A DNA stretch of 64,000 bases, from positions 18,018,651-18,082,650 of the forward strand of contig CM120647.1 in assembly GCA_051362555.1 (NCBI GenBank), written 5' to 3'. The DNA comes from Lingula anatina (Eukaryota > Animalia > Brachiopoda). Below, one piece after another: positions 50,292-62,000 of the stretch. Made by a program: the position numbers and the translations under genes. Position 1 is the first letter of the stretch, and each line of letters starts with the position of its first letter. The notes beneath the pieces were generated by a model, which made no database searches, was not told where the DNA came from, and worked only from the letters and a program-made list of their open reading frames with translations.

Positions 50292-50982
50292 AAACAAAAT
50301 GGTCAAATATTGGCGTAATCCTGTCTTGTTAGTCCAAGTAGTGGCAGCTGAAGCAGCTGAGTCTGTTTCGCAAGAAATACGATGAGGCTGTTTTAAAACC
50401 AAAATAAGAGGGTCCAGCTTTGCATGTCTGACAAGTTCCACTTGTGGGTCGCCAAGTAGATTGAACAAATAAGAGCAGTGGATATTTTATCGAACTGGTG
50501 AAACTTGAACTTGTAAGCCGTAATTACTCTGACCTTTGGTTTCTTTTTGTATGTAAAATCAAGCAGTACACTCAGAATACACTCGGATTAAATGTACGTG
50601 TTTTGACTTTCGTCGTCCCATAAAACACAGTCCAGGTGCTGAGATACTGAATGCCCCGGTGTTAATGTGCTTTAATAAGCCTGACGATGCACAGTATTTA
50701 TAAATGACAGACTCAATCACCGGTCGACTTACGTACTTTCGGTTTGGTTTCATCCTCCCAGCCCCCCACCCCCAAACTTGACTCTGTGGTCAGTATGAGT
50801 AAACAGGTTAATTCAAATGCAATCACTCCCCCCCATCCCCTTACCTGACGCCTTGCCTCTACCCTGTTTTTAATTAATTTATTTTTTGTTGTTGTTGTTT
50901 TACTTTTAAGTTTTTTATCCATCATTGGCGTTATGTTTTTCTTCATTTTAAAATATGTACAGTATTTGTTTTACGTGCAGAG

Positions 50983-51040
<58 letters not shown>

Positions 51041-51470
51041 TTAATGATAAAGGGTATACATAATTGCATAATTTTCATATAACCATACTTTTATAGAGCT
51101 GATGCCCCGTAGACAGCTCAGCTGTCTTCTGGTTTTAGAAGGCACACTGCTGAGACGAGCAGCTGAACAGCAGTATGGTATCTGTTTTTAATGATGAAAG
51201 TAGGAGGGTTCCACGATGTCGCATGCCATGAAAACTCTTATTTCAACAGTTGTTCATTTCATCTCATTATCTTGTTACGTAAAAGTTACGTAAGGAATAT
51301 CCGAATATAGCATTTAATGAGTTTCCATAGCGTGATCTTTTAAGATTATTAAAATACTCTAAAAACTAAAAGTCGACTACACATACATGTACACACGTTT
51401 AGACAGCATGGTTTGTTTGCCCCGTTAGCCCCGACGGTTGATTGAATACTCTACAAGCGAGTTGACCTTA

Positions 51471-51696
51471 GAGACCATTCCCATAGATATTTAGATCGAT
51501 CTATCCCCCTGGGGAATCTCACTAGATTGCTGTCAGCTTGACCATCTTAAATGTCTGTCCCGCCTATTAAAAGCTGCAAGGGGATAATTAAATTTTGTGC
51601 GCGCTCGGTTCCCGGAAGCTGACAGCAATTAAGCGTGAACCCCCAAGGAGTTGGGTCGATCCAGATGGATCGACCCAAATCTGTGGGAACTCAGTC
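51471..51696. mobile_element. Harbinger-like MITE (family B), reverse orientation, TTA TSD
   Basis: Reverse-complement homolog of 46347-46548; TTA on both sides. Confidence 0.8.
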
Positions 51697-53469
51697 TTAC
51701 ACATCAAGTATTTAGCAAAAAGTGACCAAATTGGTAAGACATTACGTAAAGAATTTGGCGGGAGATGATCAACGCACGTGGCAGAGTTTATTCCATATAA
51801 CATCTATAGAGCGTGATAGATAGACCCCGAGTCAGCGAGAGTTACCGATCTTGTATTACAAGAGTGCGCACCTGTAGCACGAGTGGATGTCGCATAACCT
51901 TCGCGTGACTAGGGGTCTGTCGGGGTATCTAACTTACACGTCAACCAATGGTTACATAAGTTGCACGCTGATGCAGAATCAAAGCGGTTCTGCTGAATTT
52001 GAAAAAAAAAAAAGGTTGCAGACAGCATTCCAGCAAACACGCAGAAAAGTGCGACATGTTTGTACGTGTAATATGCGACGTATAATATGCGACTGGCACA
52101 AGCGGCGTAATTTTTGGTCTAGAGACGTTGGCCAGACTATTGGTTGGCTATATACCCCGGTAGATTCATAACGGAAATTAAGAGCCAAGACTGCAATCCA
52201 TATCCGCCATGTGCGAAATATTTTTGAAATTATTCGCAGTTATTAGCGATTAAAGTCGCATCAGCATAATATAACACTGTTTCAATTCAGTTTAAACATT
52301 CAAATATATACGTAATGGTAATATTTTGAAGTTTTAAATGTTATAGCAGTATTTCATTTCGTTTCACAAGTAGGTTTGCAAAGATTCATGCGTAATGACT
52401 GCAACCACCGTGATATCCCAGCTTGTTTTTGCTTTCTTCTTTCATTATGGTGATAGACGCTCAGTCCCAAATTAATGTTTTCAGGTGTGTTCACGGCTCA
52501 GTGCTTCGATGAGTAGCATTTGTGTGCCTTAGCGGGTTGTAACGCATGCATACAAGACATGCAGTTAATACAAGTTACACCACGTCTGAATCTTTTGTTC
52601 TCCTCCTCCACCGAGGTCTAAGGTCACTTAATTCGGTTTTAGGAGTGTTTAGGATGGAATGACAGTATTTTTCTCGGTATGTATGTCAAATAAATGTCAT
52701 CACACCTCGATCGTCAGCGAGAGGTGTTCATGGCATATATCGCGAGAGGGTGACAGTGTATTAGTGTCTCACACTTAGTTTTGTTCAAGACTTGAAGCAA
52801 GCTTGATAGCTGACAGACAGCACCTGTTCCTCAAGGTAATTATTTCAGTTGTATAGGTCTGTGATATATATATGTACTCTCTTACTAAACAGACTCTTCT
52901 TCAATTTTGTAACCGACTTTAGTAGAGCCCTCCGTGATATCAGTCAGTGGTCTCTTCACCTGTATGCATAGAAGGTGTTTGTATGTAATTTTAAACTCTA
53001 TCTTACCCTTGAAAGGAAGGCCGCGTAATCCTTTAATGGTCTCTCAATGATTACGCGGTTTCCTAGAGAGGGGCGAGAAACGTCCATTGTTCTCGTCAGT
53101 GAGGCTAACCAAATTCAGGGTATGTACGCACAGACAGAAAACCATGTATTGTGGGAACGTTACTAATGAAGCCACTGGTAGTACTAGTAGATATCAGTCT
53201 GTAGTCTTGAACAAGCACCTCGTTGACGAGTGAACAGTTGTCAAAAACAAAAGACCTAGGTGTGGTAGATCGACTACTGTTCATGCGTGCCGCAAAGACC
53301 AAGCCTAATTGCCCCTCAAGGTAACAAACCAATATCCGGTACTGACGGTAAGGCTCGTCATAATCAAATAAGTAGCGCGTTTCCACCCCTGTTCCTTTCA
53401 TGTAGGGCCGCCATGTTTAGGTCTCGTCCTTGCTAGACCTCGGCTCTTCTCGATGTGAATGCTCTCCAT

Positions 53470-53720
53470 GTATCAACTGGTCCAAGGCTCAAATGTGGCG
53501 GACCCTACGTGAAAGGAAGACCGCTTAATCCTGTAATGGTCTCCCCGCCTCTCACACACCTCCCCAAGCGTCTGGTCGAATGGAACCGTGATTTAATTAG
53601 TGTGCCCCTGCAGGGACGACGCGTGGTGAGGCGCGTAAGAGGCGGTGAGACCATTATAGGATTAAGCGGTCTTCCTTTCATGTCGGGTCCGCCATATTTG
53701 AGCCTTGGACCAGTTGATAC
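53470..53720. mobile_element. Foldback MITE with ~100-bp inverted arms
   Basis: gtatcaactggtccaaggctcaaat..ggtctc is mirrored by gagacc..atttgagccttggaccagttgatac. Related fragments at ~53009-53045 and ~53392-53420. Confidence 0.8.
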
Positions 53721-56700
53721 TCGGATCTTCTATTCTGAATGGCCCCTATCAGATATTGCGAGACTCTCGTGTCGGATCTAACACAAGATCTAACACGTGT
53801 TATTTCCAAACTGTGTCAATATGACTGGCCACCTACGTTTGTTAGGAGGCGGTTTATAGGAATATTTTATTTTTGCGATACTGATTTAGGCTATTTATAT
53901 GCCAATATATGTTTGAAAAGTTGTAATTGTCCTCAAATAAATTTAACAATAAGCTATTTATACTCTTAAAATGCTTTTAAAATCCTGGCTTGGACTGGTT
54001 TAAGTTAGGTATCTAGCCAGGAGGGGGACGGGCGATAGCAAATAACGAAAGAAAAGCGTTAAGTAAACAACACCTGCCGCAGGTAGGTACAAAAAGCTGA
54101 GTGCTTACAAAAACTTGTATTATCCGGAACTCTGTTCTTTGTGACCATGCAACCCTAATACTTTATTGAGACCATTTAAGCGTTAAATACTGACTAGCGG
54201 CTGTGTTTTCCCATCTCTGACTGATGATCGGTTGACTTTTAATCAAACTTTAACTCACAGGTAAGTCTCGTTTAATTCGCAATTATATTGTCTTCCTGAT
54301 ACGAAGATCACTCATTCATGTAAATCGTCTGGTTTTTGTTTCTTTGGAGCGGAAAATTCTTCTTGTTGCAAATGCCAATTGAACCGCGCTCATCTAAAAA
54401 CTCGTCAAATATTTAAAAAAAGACAAATCATTGCACAGCAACCGTGGTTAGGTGCGATTCAGTTGTCAGTTGCGAACTACTTCCTGGTTTTCACAAGGTC
54501 CTTCAAGGATTCTAAAACATCGTTATAATTGCAGCACATACCATAAACACCCAAAAATGATTAGATATGGGCATGTCAGATTACATACATGCAAAAATTC
54601 CACATGACAACGATTTACTGCCTCGCACGAATTATTTTCCATTGACGCTCTTTGTTGCGCTGTCGGTCGATGCAGAATATATTTCAAAACAAATTGTTAG
54701 GAAGTTAAGCACGATTTTGCACCTTCAAGTATCAAAACACGTTTTCTTATCATGTACCTATTATTTCTACATATATTTTCTGTCCAAAATACCAAAAGAA
54801 AAAATGTTATATTACTATGTTGTTGGAAAAACTGCTTTTCTCTGAGCCCACATCTTCACTCCCGTTCACCTCCAGCTAAAAATGACCACTCAGGTTCACG
54901 TCTTACACCACTTGACGTCACATGACGTCATACTACCGGCACAATCCTGTCTCCTCCGGTATCCTCGAGCGTGAGGTGAACTTTAACATTATATGTTCAT
55001 TATGCTGGCTTACGTAAAGGGTATTAGGACAGGGGCACGGATTTGGATTTAAAGATGAAGCGGCTGACAGGTTGAATTTGCTCGTCTTTTATAAACCACG
55101 CGTGTGCGCGTGACTCGGAGGTTAATGAGGAATTCCTATGGCACGTGTACGCTAGGATAGGGTAGATGTACCTGGAGACACTTCTGCAAACTTTAGTCTT
55201 TGAACGAAGACTGCTTCATTTGGATAGCCCTCTACGTGCAGTCGATTTAGCGTTAACTTTATAGGTCTGAAAGTGTTTTGCGAACTACTGTCCCGAAAGG
55301 AAATAAGACCATTTATAAAACAGCCTTATTTCCTTGTTAATTGATAGAAAAATAATGTTTTATAAAGGGTGATTTAAAACAATGCTAAAGAGGTACAATT
55401 TCGGTAAAAAAATTAATCATGAAATAATGATACAAAAAGTGCTGATTTTACATTTAATATTGCAAAGTATAAAAGACCAACGTTGAAGAAAATTAGGTGT
55501 CAAAAGTGTTGAGACAAGAAGAATGCCTTTCCATAAACTGGCTGGTGCAAACCTTTATTAATTGAAACAAAACTGAGACCAAATAATATATTGTGGTAGT
55601 GCTGTTGTATTAGTCTGTATAGAGAACTGAAACACCACGTTATAAAAAAAGTCACTCGCTGTATTACCTAACGTGCAGATCACATTACAGCTACGTACTG
55701 ATTAAAAAAGACATGTTTTGAATGCTTCTGTGTTTTATCTTGGATGTTTTGAAGTCAAGATCCCGAACAGCTGTGTACCTTTCAGTGGGCTCTAAGTGAA
55801 ACATAAATATTTTTTTTAACCTGCTCCATTGTGATTTATACTGTTTGTCGACAACATACCTGTTTTGACTTTCGAGATAGGAGGGGATAAGACCAGTTGG
55901 TTGTACATGTAGAAAGGTGCGGTGGAATAAGAAGTCTTGGAATAAGGTAAAATTCGGGTCACGGGTTCAAGTGTAAATGTAGTCAAGTAGTGGCAAAAAA
56001 TTATATGACTTCCACATATTTTGGAGATAACTTCAGCTGGTTTCCATATATACACAAGCAACATCCTAACAAGAAAGTCAGATAACGTGGTACACGCTGT
56101 CATTTGTACATTACATTGTAAATCTGCGTACATGGTACCTGTTATTAATAGAAAAGCGAGGTAAAGAAATCTATCTTTAAAATTTAATAAGAAATGTCAA
56201 TGAGTTGTAGTACAAAAGAGTCGTGAGTGTGTGGAGTTTTGGAGTTGGTTTGGGGGAGGGGGGGCTTTTAAAACGAAATATTTAGTCCTGTCTAAGTTGA
56301 CCTACTCACACACGCGCGCGTGCTCGCGACGTAAATGCGCCGCGCACGTGTATTACTCAAGTTATAAATTTACGTTGAAGCTTAACTTCAATCGTAATTG
56401 ACTCTACGGACCTCGACCGGGTTATTTGATAAGTGATGTGTACCTTACATGTACTGCGTTTGAAAATGTCTACTGTTCCTATTCCGCATAGTTACTTATC
56501 TTTTCGATTCTTAAAAGGATAGAACTCCTCAAATAAAAGTACCAGACGTCGATAGTTCATAATGAAAAGTACTCGAAGACATGACGTTGAAAATGACCGG
56601 CCAGTCAGTTTGAACTAAAACATGTTAAAAATGGAATAAAGCACGGAACCCGAAGGAAAATATGGGTCGAGCAATACTTTGTGAAATGCGATTTGCCGGG

Positions 56701-57040
56701 AAAAATCTCGAAAAGGATACCTTTAATTCTTCCTATATTGTTCTTATAATAATGGTGTAAAGTACATGATTATGTCTTTAGCAGATTTCTTGAATGAAAC
56801 AATAGCTTTTAAACGATATTAAATTCTTAATGGAAAAATGCATGAAATCTGATCAAGAATGATTTCGATTTAAAGATTAAGGCACTAGTCTTAAATTCAT
56901 TTAAGCACGCAAGGCTATTAAAATACGTGTATAAGCACGCCGAGAACGCTTCCGCAATTCTGATAAAACTACTGCTAGGCACACGGAACAAAAGAGCAGT
57001 TTTCTCTATCTTTAGCATTCCCTCATAATAATAATAATAA

Positions 57041-57051
57041 CAAGCCCGTAG

Positions 57052-57085
<34 letters not shown>

Positions 57086-57216
57086 CGAAAGAACCGACCT
57101 TTTTGCTGGGAAAAGGTCCACTTTGGAAAAAATTTGATCTAGGTAAATGAACGTTTTATGGTAAAAGGTCCACTGTTTCAAAAACGAACCCCCCATTTGA
57201 AATTGCTGGCTACGGG

Positions 57217-57220
<4 letters not shown>
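57041..57220. mobile_element. MITE with CA(A/G)GCCCGTAGCC termini, inserted in an (AAT)n tract
   Basis: caagcccgtagcc .. ggctacgggcctg, with AAT repeats on both sides and an internal poly-G. Confidence 0.7.
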
Positions 57221-57250
<30 letters not shown>

Positions 57251-57401
57251 TTATAGTCTAAAATCCAGTTAAATGTTCACTGCACTTACTAGGTTAAAAT
57301 GAAAAGAATAAGATCAATGAAGTCATTAAGGGAATAGACAGCTAAAAATATTAATACAGTAAAATATATAATACAAGTTAAGGCTAAAAAAGCCAGTCAA
57401 A

Positions 57402-57877
57402 GAGACCATTCCCAGACCCTATCGTACTAATTTTGGATCGAGCTATCTAAAAAGGGATTCTCGCTTAATTGCAATTAACTTAAGGGGCTTAGATGTCTGT
57501 CACGTCTACAGAAGCTGAAAGGGGGGAAATTAAGACCCCATTTCCAGAGATTAGATCGATCTACTTTAGATCGACCTAACTCCCTGGGGGTTCACGCTAA
57601 ATAGCTGTCAGCCGAGCGGACACGGAAGTTAATTACCTACTTACAGCTTGTAGTAGGCGGGACGGACATTTAAGCCGGATTATCTGACAGTAATCTAGAA
57701 AGACTCCCCGCGGGGATAGATCGATCTAAAAGCTCTGGGAATACAGCCTAACTATCGTTTAGCAGCTTTTGTAGGCGTCCCAGACATCTAAGCCACTTAA
57801 GTTGAAAGCAATTTAGCAAGAAACCCCGTGAAGATGGACCGATCCTGTTAGATGGATCTAGGATTGGGAACACAATC
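57402..57877. mobile_element. Nested Harbinger-like MITEs: a family B copy (57534-57748, TAA TSD) inside an older related foldback (AAA flanks)
   Basis: Outer arms 57402-57530 and 57752-57877 are degenerate inverted copies related to family B; the inner copy is flanked by TAA. Confidence 0.7.
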
Positions 57878-58579
57878 AAAGCAGCTACCAGCTGTCGCTG
57901 AACACGCTTAAGGCACGTGATGTATGTATCATTTATGAAATCTCTGACTGAAAACCTTCACCAGGATGTCAGGAACTAGTAAAACAACGTGCTGTGTAAG
58001 TGATGGAAAAGTACCGATCAATCATCTGACACTGTGCCAAGGGCCTTTCGTATGAATTCTATGGCTTCGTGAATTCTTCGCGACATGACAACTCTTTTCT
58101 CATATTAAAAAAATTGAAACTAGATGTTTCAAAAGAAGTGTAACGAAATTTAATGAAAGACGAATGAGAAATCTTGTAGCTTAAAAGGTCAAGTGAATGA
58201 TTTTTTCTTTAAATGCTCTGTATAAGCCTATTTTGTAGTCTTGATGTAAAGCACAGAAAGCCAAATATTTAATCCATGGACATGTGCATTCACTTCATCT
58301 TTTCGGTAATTATTAAATACATCCCAATTTTTGTGAAGTTTGAGTGGTTGGGGTAGGTGGGGGGGGGGGGGGGGTATTAACCCAGTTAGAGGGAGGTCCC
58401 ATGCATGGCCTTGGAACGTAGACTTTGTTATCTCAATCCCTCAATCCACATTGTCACCTGATTCCGGCTTAAGCATAAGTGAGTCGCCTTTAGAAAAGTA
58501 CAAACATTCTCATAATGGACCGGACGTCGTTTTCGGACATTCGTTTGTTCAGCACCGCATGCAATACGTAATACATTGA

Positions 58580-58680
58580 TGCATCACGTGACCTCTAGTT
58601 CACAAAGTGCGCTGCGGCCTGCTTCGTCCAGTGGGAAAAGCTGCGGGTTTCTAGTCAAGTTTATGTGACGAGTTTGGTAA
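58580..58680 (+). promoter_or_regulatory. Candidate promoter / non-coding first exon of the KamA-like gene
   Basis: E-box/CLEAR-like TCACGTGACC at ~58584-58593, a GC-richer stretch, and donor G|GTAATT at 58677. The first coding exon is preceded by a polypyrimidine-TAG acceptor (59016-59017). Confidence 0.4.
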
Positions 58681-59021
58681 TTTTTGTTTTATTTTTCTTC
58701 AACGTTCTGTGTGTTTGGCAAGTTACCGAATGCTGTCTTCATCATTACTGTTGTACTGCACGTTGTCCTATGATAAATCAGTGACGCTGGAAGCGGTAAA
58801 GATGATATGGCTAATATAGGTTAACAGGACAACTAGTGCCGTAGGCATACCTGTGATTGATCTCTGTCTGCCAGACAATATATCAACTCCCTTGGCATTA
58901 AATTTAACTTATATACAGGACTGGTAGTCCACTGAATACATATATATGTTAAGCTACTTTCTTGTTTTCCGCTAATAAATCACCATTTTCTTTTTTTCTT
59001 TATCGCTGATATTGTAGGTAC

Positions 59022-62000
59022 ATGGAAATGATGAAACGACTATCCCGCACTGTACCCGTCTGCAGACGACAGAGTGTCTTTGGAGATGATTGGTTGGATT
59101 CCATCAGTCGTCTGCTCCACACAACAGACATTCCCCAAAAACCGCTACGTATGACGTCAAACAGGCGTACGCGTTTAACGCCAACTGCGTCTACTACGTC
59201 AGCCAACCAGCTCTCTGCTGACCTGACAACAGCCACGAAAACTAAAGAAGGTAATTTTTTCGCTGTTGTATTTTGGTTTATTTTCCGCATATTTAATTAA
59301 AGAAGTCGATACTTTAGTTTTTATTATTATATTACGGTTCAATAGAGTGGTGTCGAACACCCGGTTTTAAGACATTTTGTTTCGTAACAAAACGCTGTCA
59401 ATCTTGCTACATATCTTCATCGAAGGTCGCAAACAATTTGCATATACATTTAAAAGAAATATCAAGATGTTGGATTGAAACTTATCACATAGAAAATGTT
59501 AGTTAAAACGGAAATATCTCAAGAAACTAGGTGAAATGCGTAGTGTAACTTCTTGAGAAGCTTCCTGGTGAAATGAAACCGAGACTGGTATTTGGTACAT
59601 AACCTTGTAACCATGGTGAGGGCGCTTTCATGGCACAAGATATAAAGTCATATCATATATTTGTGATGAATATTTTCACACTAATTCGATTAACGATTTA
59701 AGTTGGGACGCTTATTTCCCACGTTCAGAGAGAACATTTTTTTTACAAGATCTACAAGCGTTTTGAGGCGAAACAAAAATTAATATGTTAGTCTCAAAGC
59801 TTAATACACATTCTGACATCGGTTTGAGTTTTTGGCGATTCTTGGATGCTATCTACGCATCTTTTTAAATCATCATCAATTTATTTGGTACTAAGAATTG
59901 GGCAATACTTCCACCCCTCTCCCTCACTTCTTTCGATAGATAGTATGCAAATTGTTGCATTAAATGTATTGTTCATTGACGCGTTTTTACAATTTCCTTA
60001 AAAATGATGGCAGCTTGATATTTCCGAGCTATTCAAAATACTATATGCAAAATTTTTTTGTAGACCATTTTTTAATGCCGGTTGAACTGCTTGAAAGAAT
60101 TTACCCTTTTCGCCATACCGATCATGTTATTGCGGGTGCAACATCGATGAGATGTTATTCTTTTTTTTTTTCATTCTATCCTGTAAACATTACGCAACTA
60201 AATCATAGCTTTAATGTAGCACAAAAAAAATCGCCCATTTTCCCTTTAAAACGTTCCAGTTCTCTTTTTTCGTGTTACAACGCATTAACGGTTATCAGAA
60301 TAGATCGTTGACATTAATGCTGGACATCATTTAAACTGCCGGACATTCCTCTCCTTAGCCCCATTCTTGTCATTTTTGTGGTCAGACCAACAACGCGACG
60401 AAAACTGGGTCAAGTGGATAATTTTATATACAGACACAGTATTGAATGCACTGTATATTTACCCTGGTATAACACATAGGCCAGTCAATAAACAACTTAG
60501 GTTGGAAAAAATTGGGACAAAGGTTTTTCAACTGATTCCGGTCCGTTGAAGGCCCAATATTGCCCCAAAAAATTTCCCCCATGAATCCCCCCATGGCAAA
60601 GTCTATTTTTGGCCAAAATCCAAAATGGCCGCCATTGAATGGGGAGGGTCACCTTAACAATTACAATCCTGTTAACACATTCCTTTTTTTCTGTCGCTAA
60701 TGTTGCAGCGGATAGTATATATTGTGCAACAAGTAATTTTGCTGTAGTTTTCTGTTCTCTCGTCAAAGTAATAATCAGCAGGCAGTTTTGAAAATGTTGA
60801 GCTATAGTTTTGTTAAATGCAAAAGTTTACTCCAGTGTGTTACTGAAAAGCGTTCCTGTTTTTCTATTTGCCATTGCTTTTAGTCTTTATTTCCTTTTCT
60901 TGTCCACTGTCTGTAAAGGTGTCAGCTTTGCTGTGGATTGCATTCTGCCTTTTTTTTTCGTAATGGCTGCAATTAATTTTAAAAACAACCCATCATTAGT
61001 TGGATGCCCTATATAGCGGGTAAAAAAGTGGAAGTGCTAAATGACGGTGGATTTAAGAATCCGACCCATACACATGTAGGCATTTGGCAAAAAAAAAATG
61101 CAGTCCAATCTGACACATTGAAATGTTAAGTACAGAAACATATTGTCAATATTCAAATCATGCAATCGTTCAAACTGTATGCGTAACGATTTTGTGAGAA
61201 GTCCATGGCCATATGTAATGCTACTACGACTATTGTAAATTGCCAAACCTTAATAGGAAAGACTGGACTAACTGTTGACAACATTTAAAACACTTTTAAG
61301 ACATATTTGTCACTGCAAAGAGGAAGTGCCACAAATATAAGAACTTGGATAAGAAACCGGTACAATAGTCATTATTGCATCAGTAGATACTGGCAAATGA
61401 TAGGCCTACAAACTGCACTTGTACCAACAAAATATGCTTGATGTCCAATGATGAACCATACCATGCATAATATGGGAGACAACATTGTGTAAAACTTATA
61501 TCTGCGCACTGTGCGTTGAGTTGTAGAGAATTTCAATAATCTCATACATGTTTCCCAGAATGAGACTCTCAGTGCAAGAACGCAATATTGGAATGGAGAT
61601 ATTTTCAGATGCAGCTGATTCTCGAGATTTCTCGAAGAAAATCACATGACCTTGGAGATGATAGTGCGGGGGCGACAGATCAGGGAATCAGGTTGGAATT
61701 TCCGGCCGGATTCTTATGGCCTGCTCAGCATCAACCGTAATCAATCAGTAGTCTGAAGAACTGTGATGTAATGTTGTGCATGCCACATTGTGGCGGGAAA
61801 AAGTGTTACAATGTAGAGTGCAGCACGTGTGGCTCAGAAGAAAGAAATGAATTTTTACCAAAATCCATTCGAAGAAAAATTAAACTGGGGCTTTGAAATT
61901 CGCATCACTTTGTTTTCATTGAGTGTACTGTAATATATGAGCGTCCCGGTTTCGTTCTCAGGTATTGGGGAAAATGAAGTTTAATGAATATTCGTTCTCA

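Noticed and set aside
47400-58500. Short ORFs in the 11-kb interval as a hidden gene
   Set aside because: No ORF has recognisable homology or a consistent exon chain; several derive from MITE palindromes.
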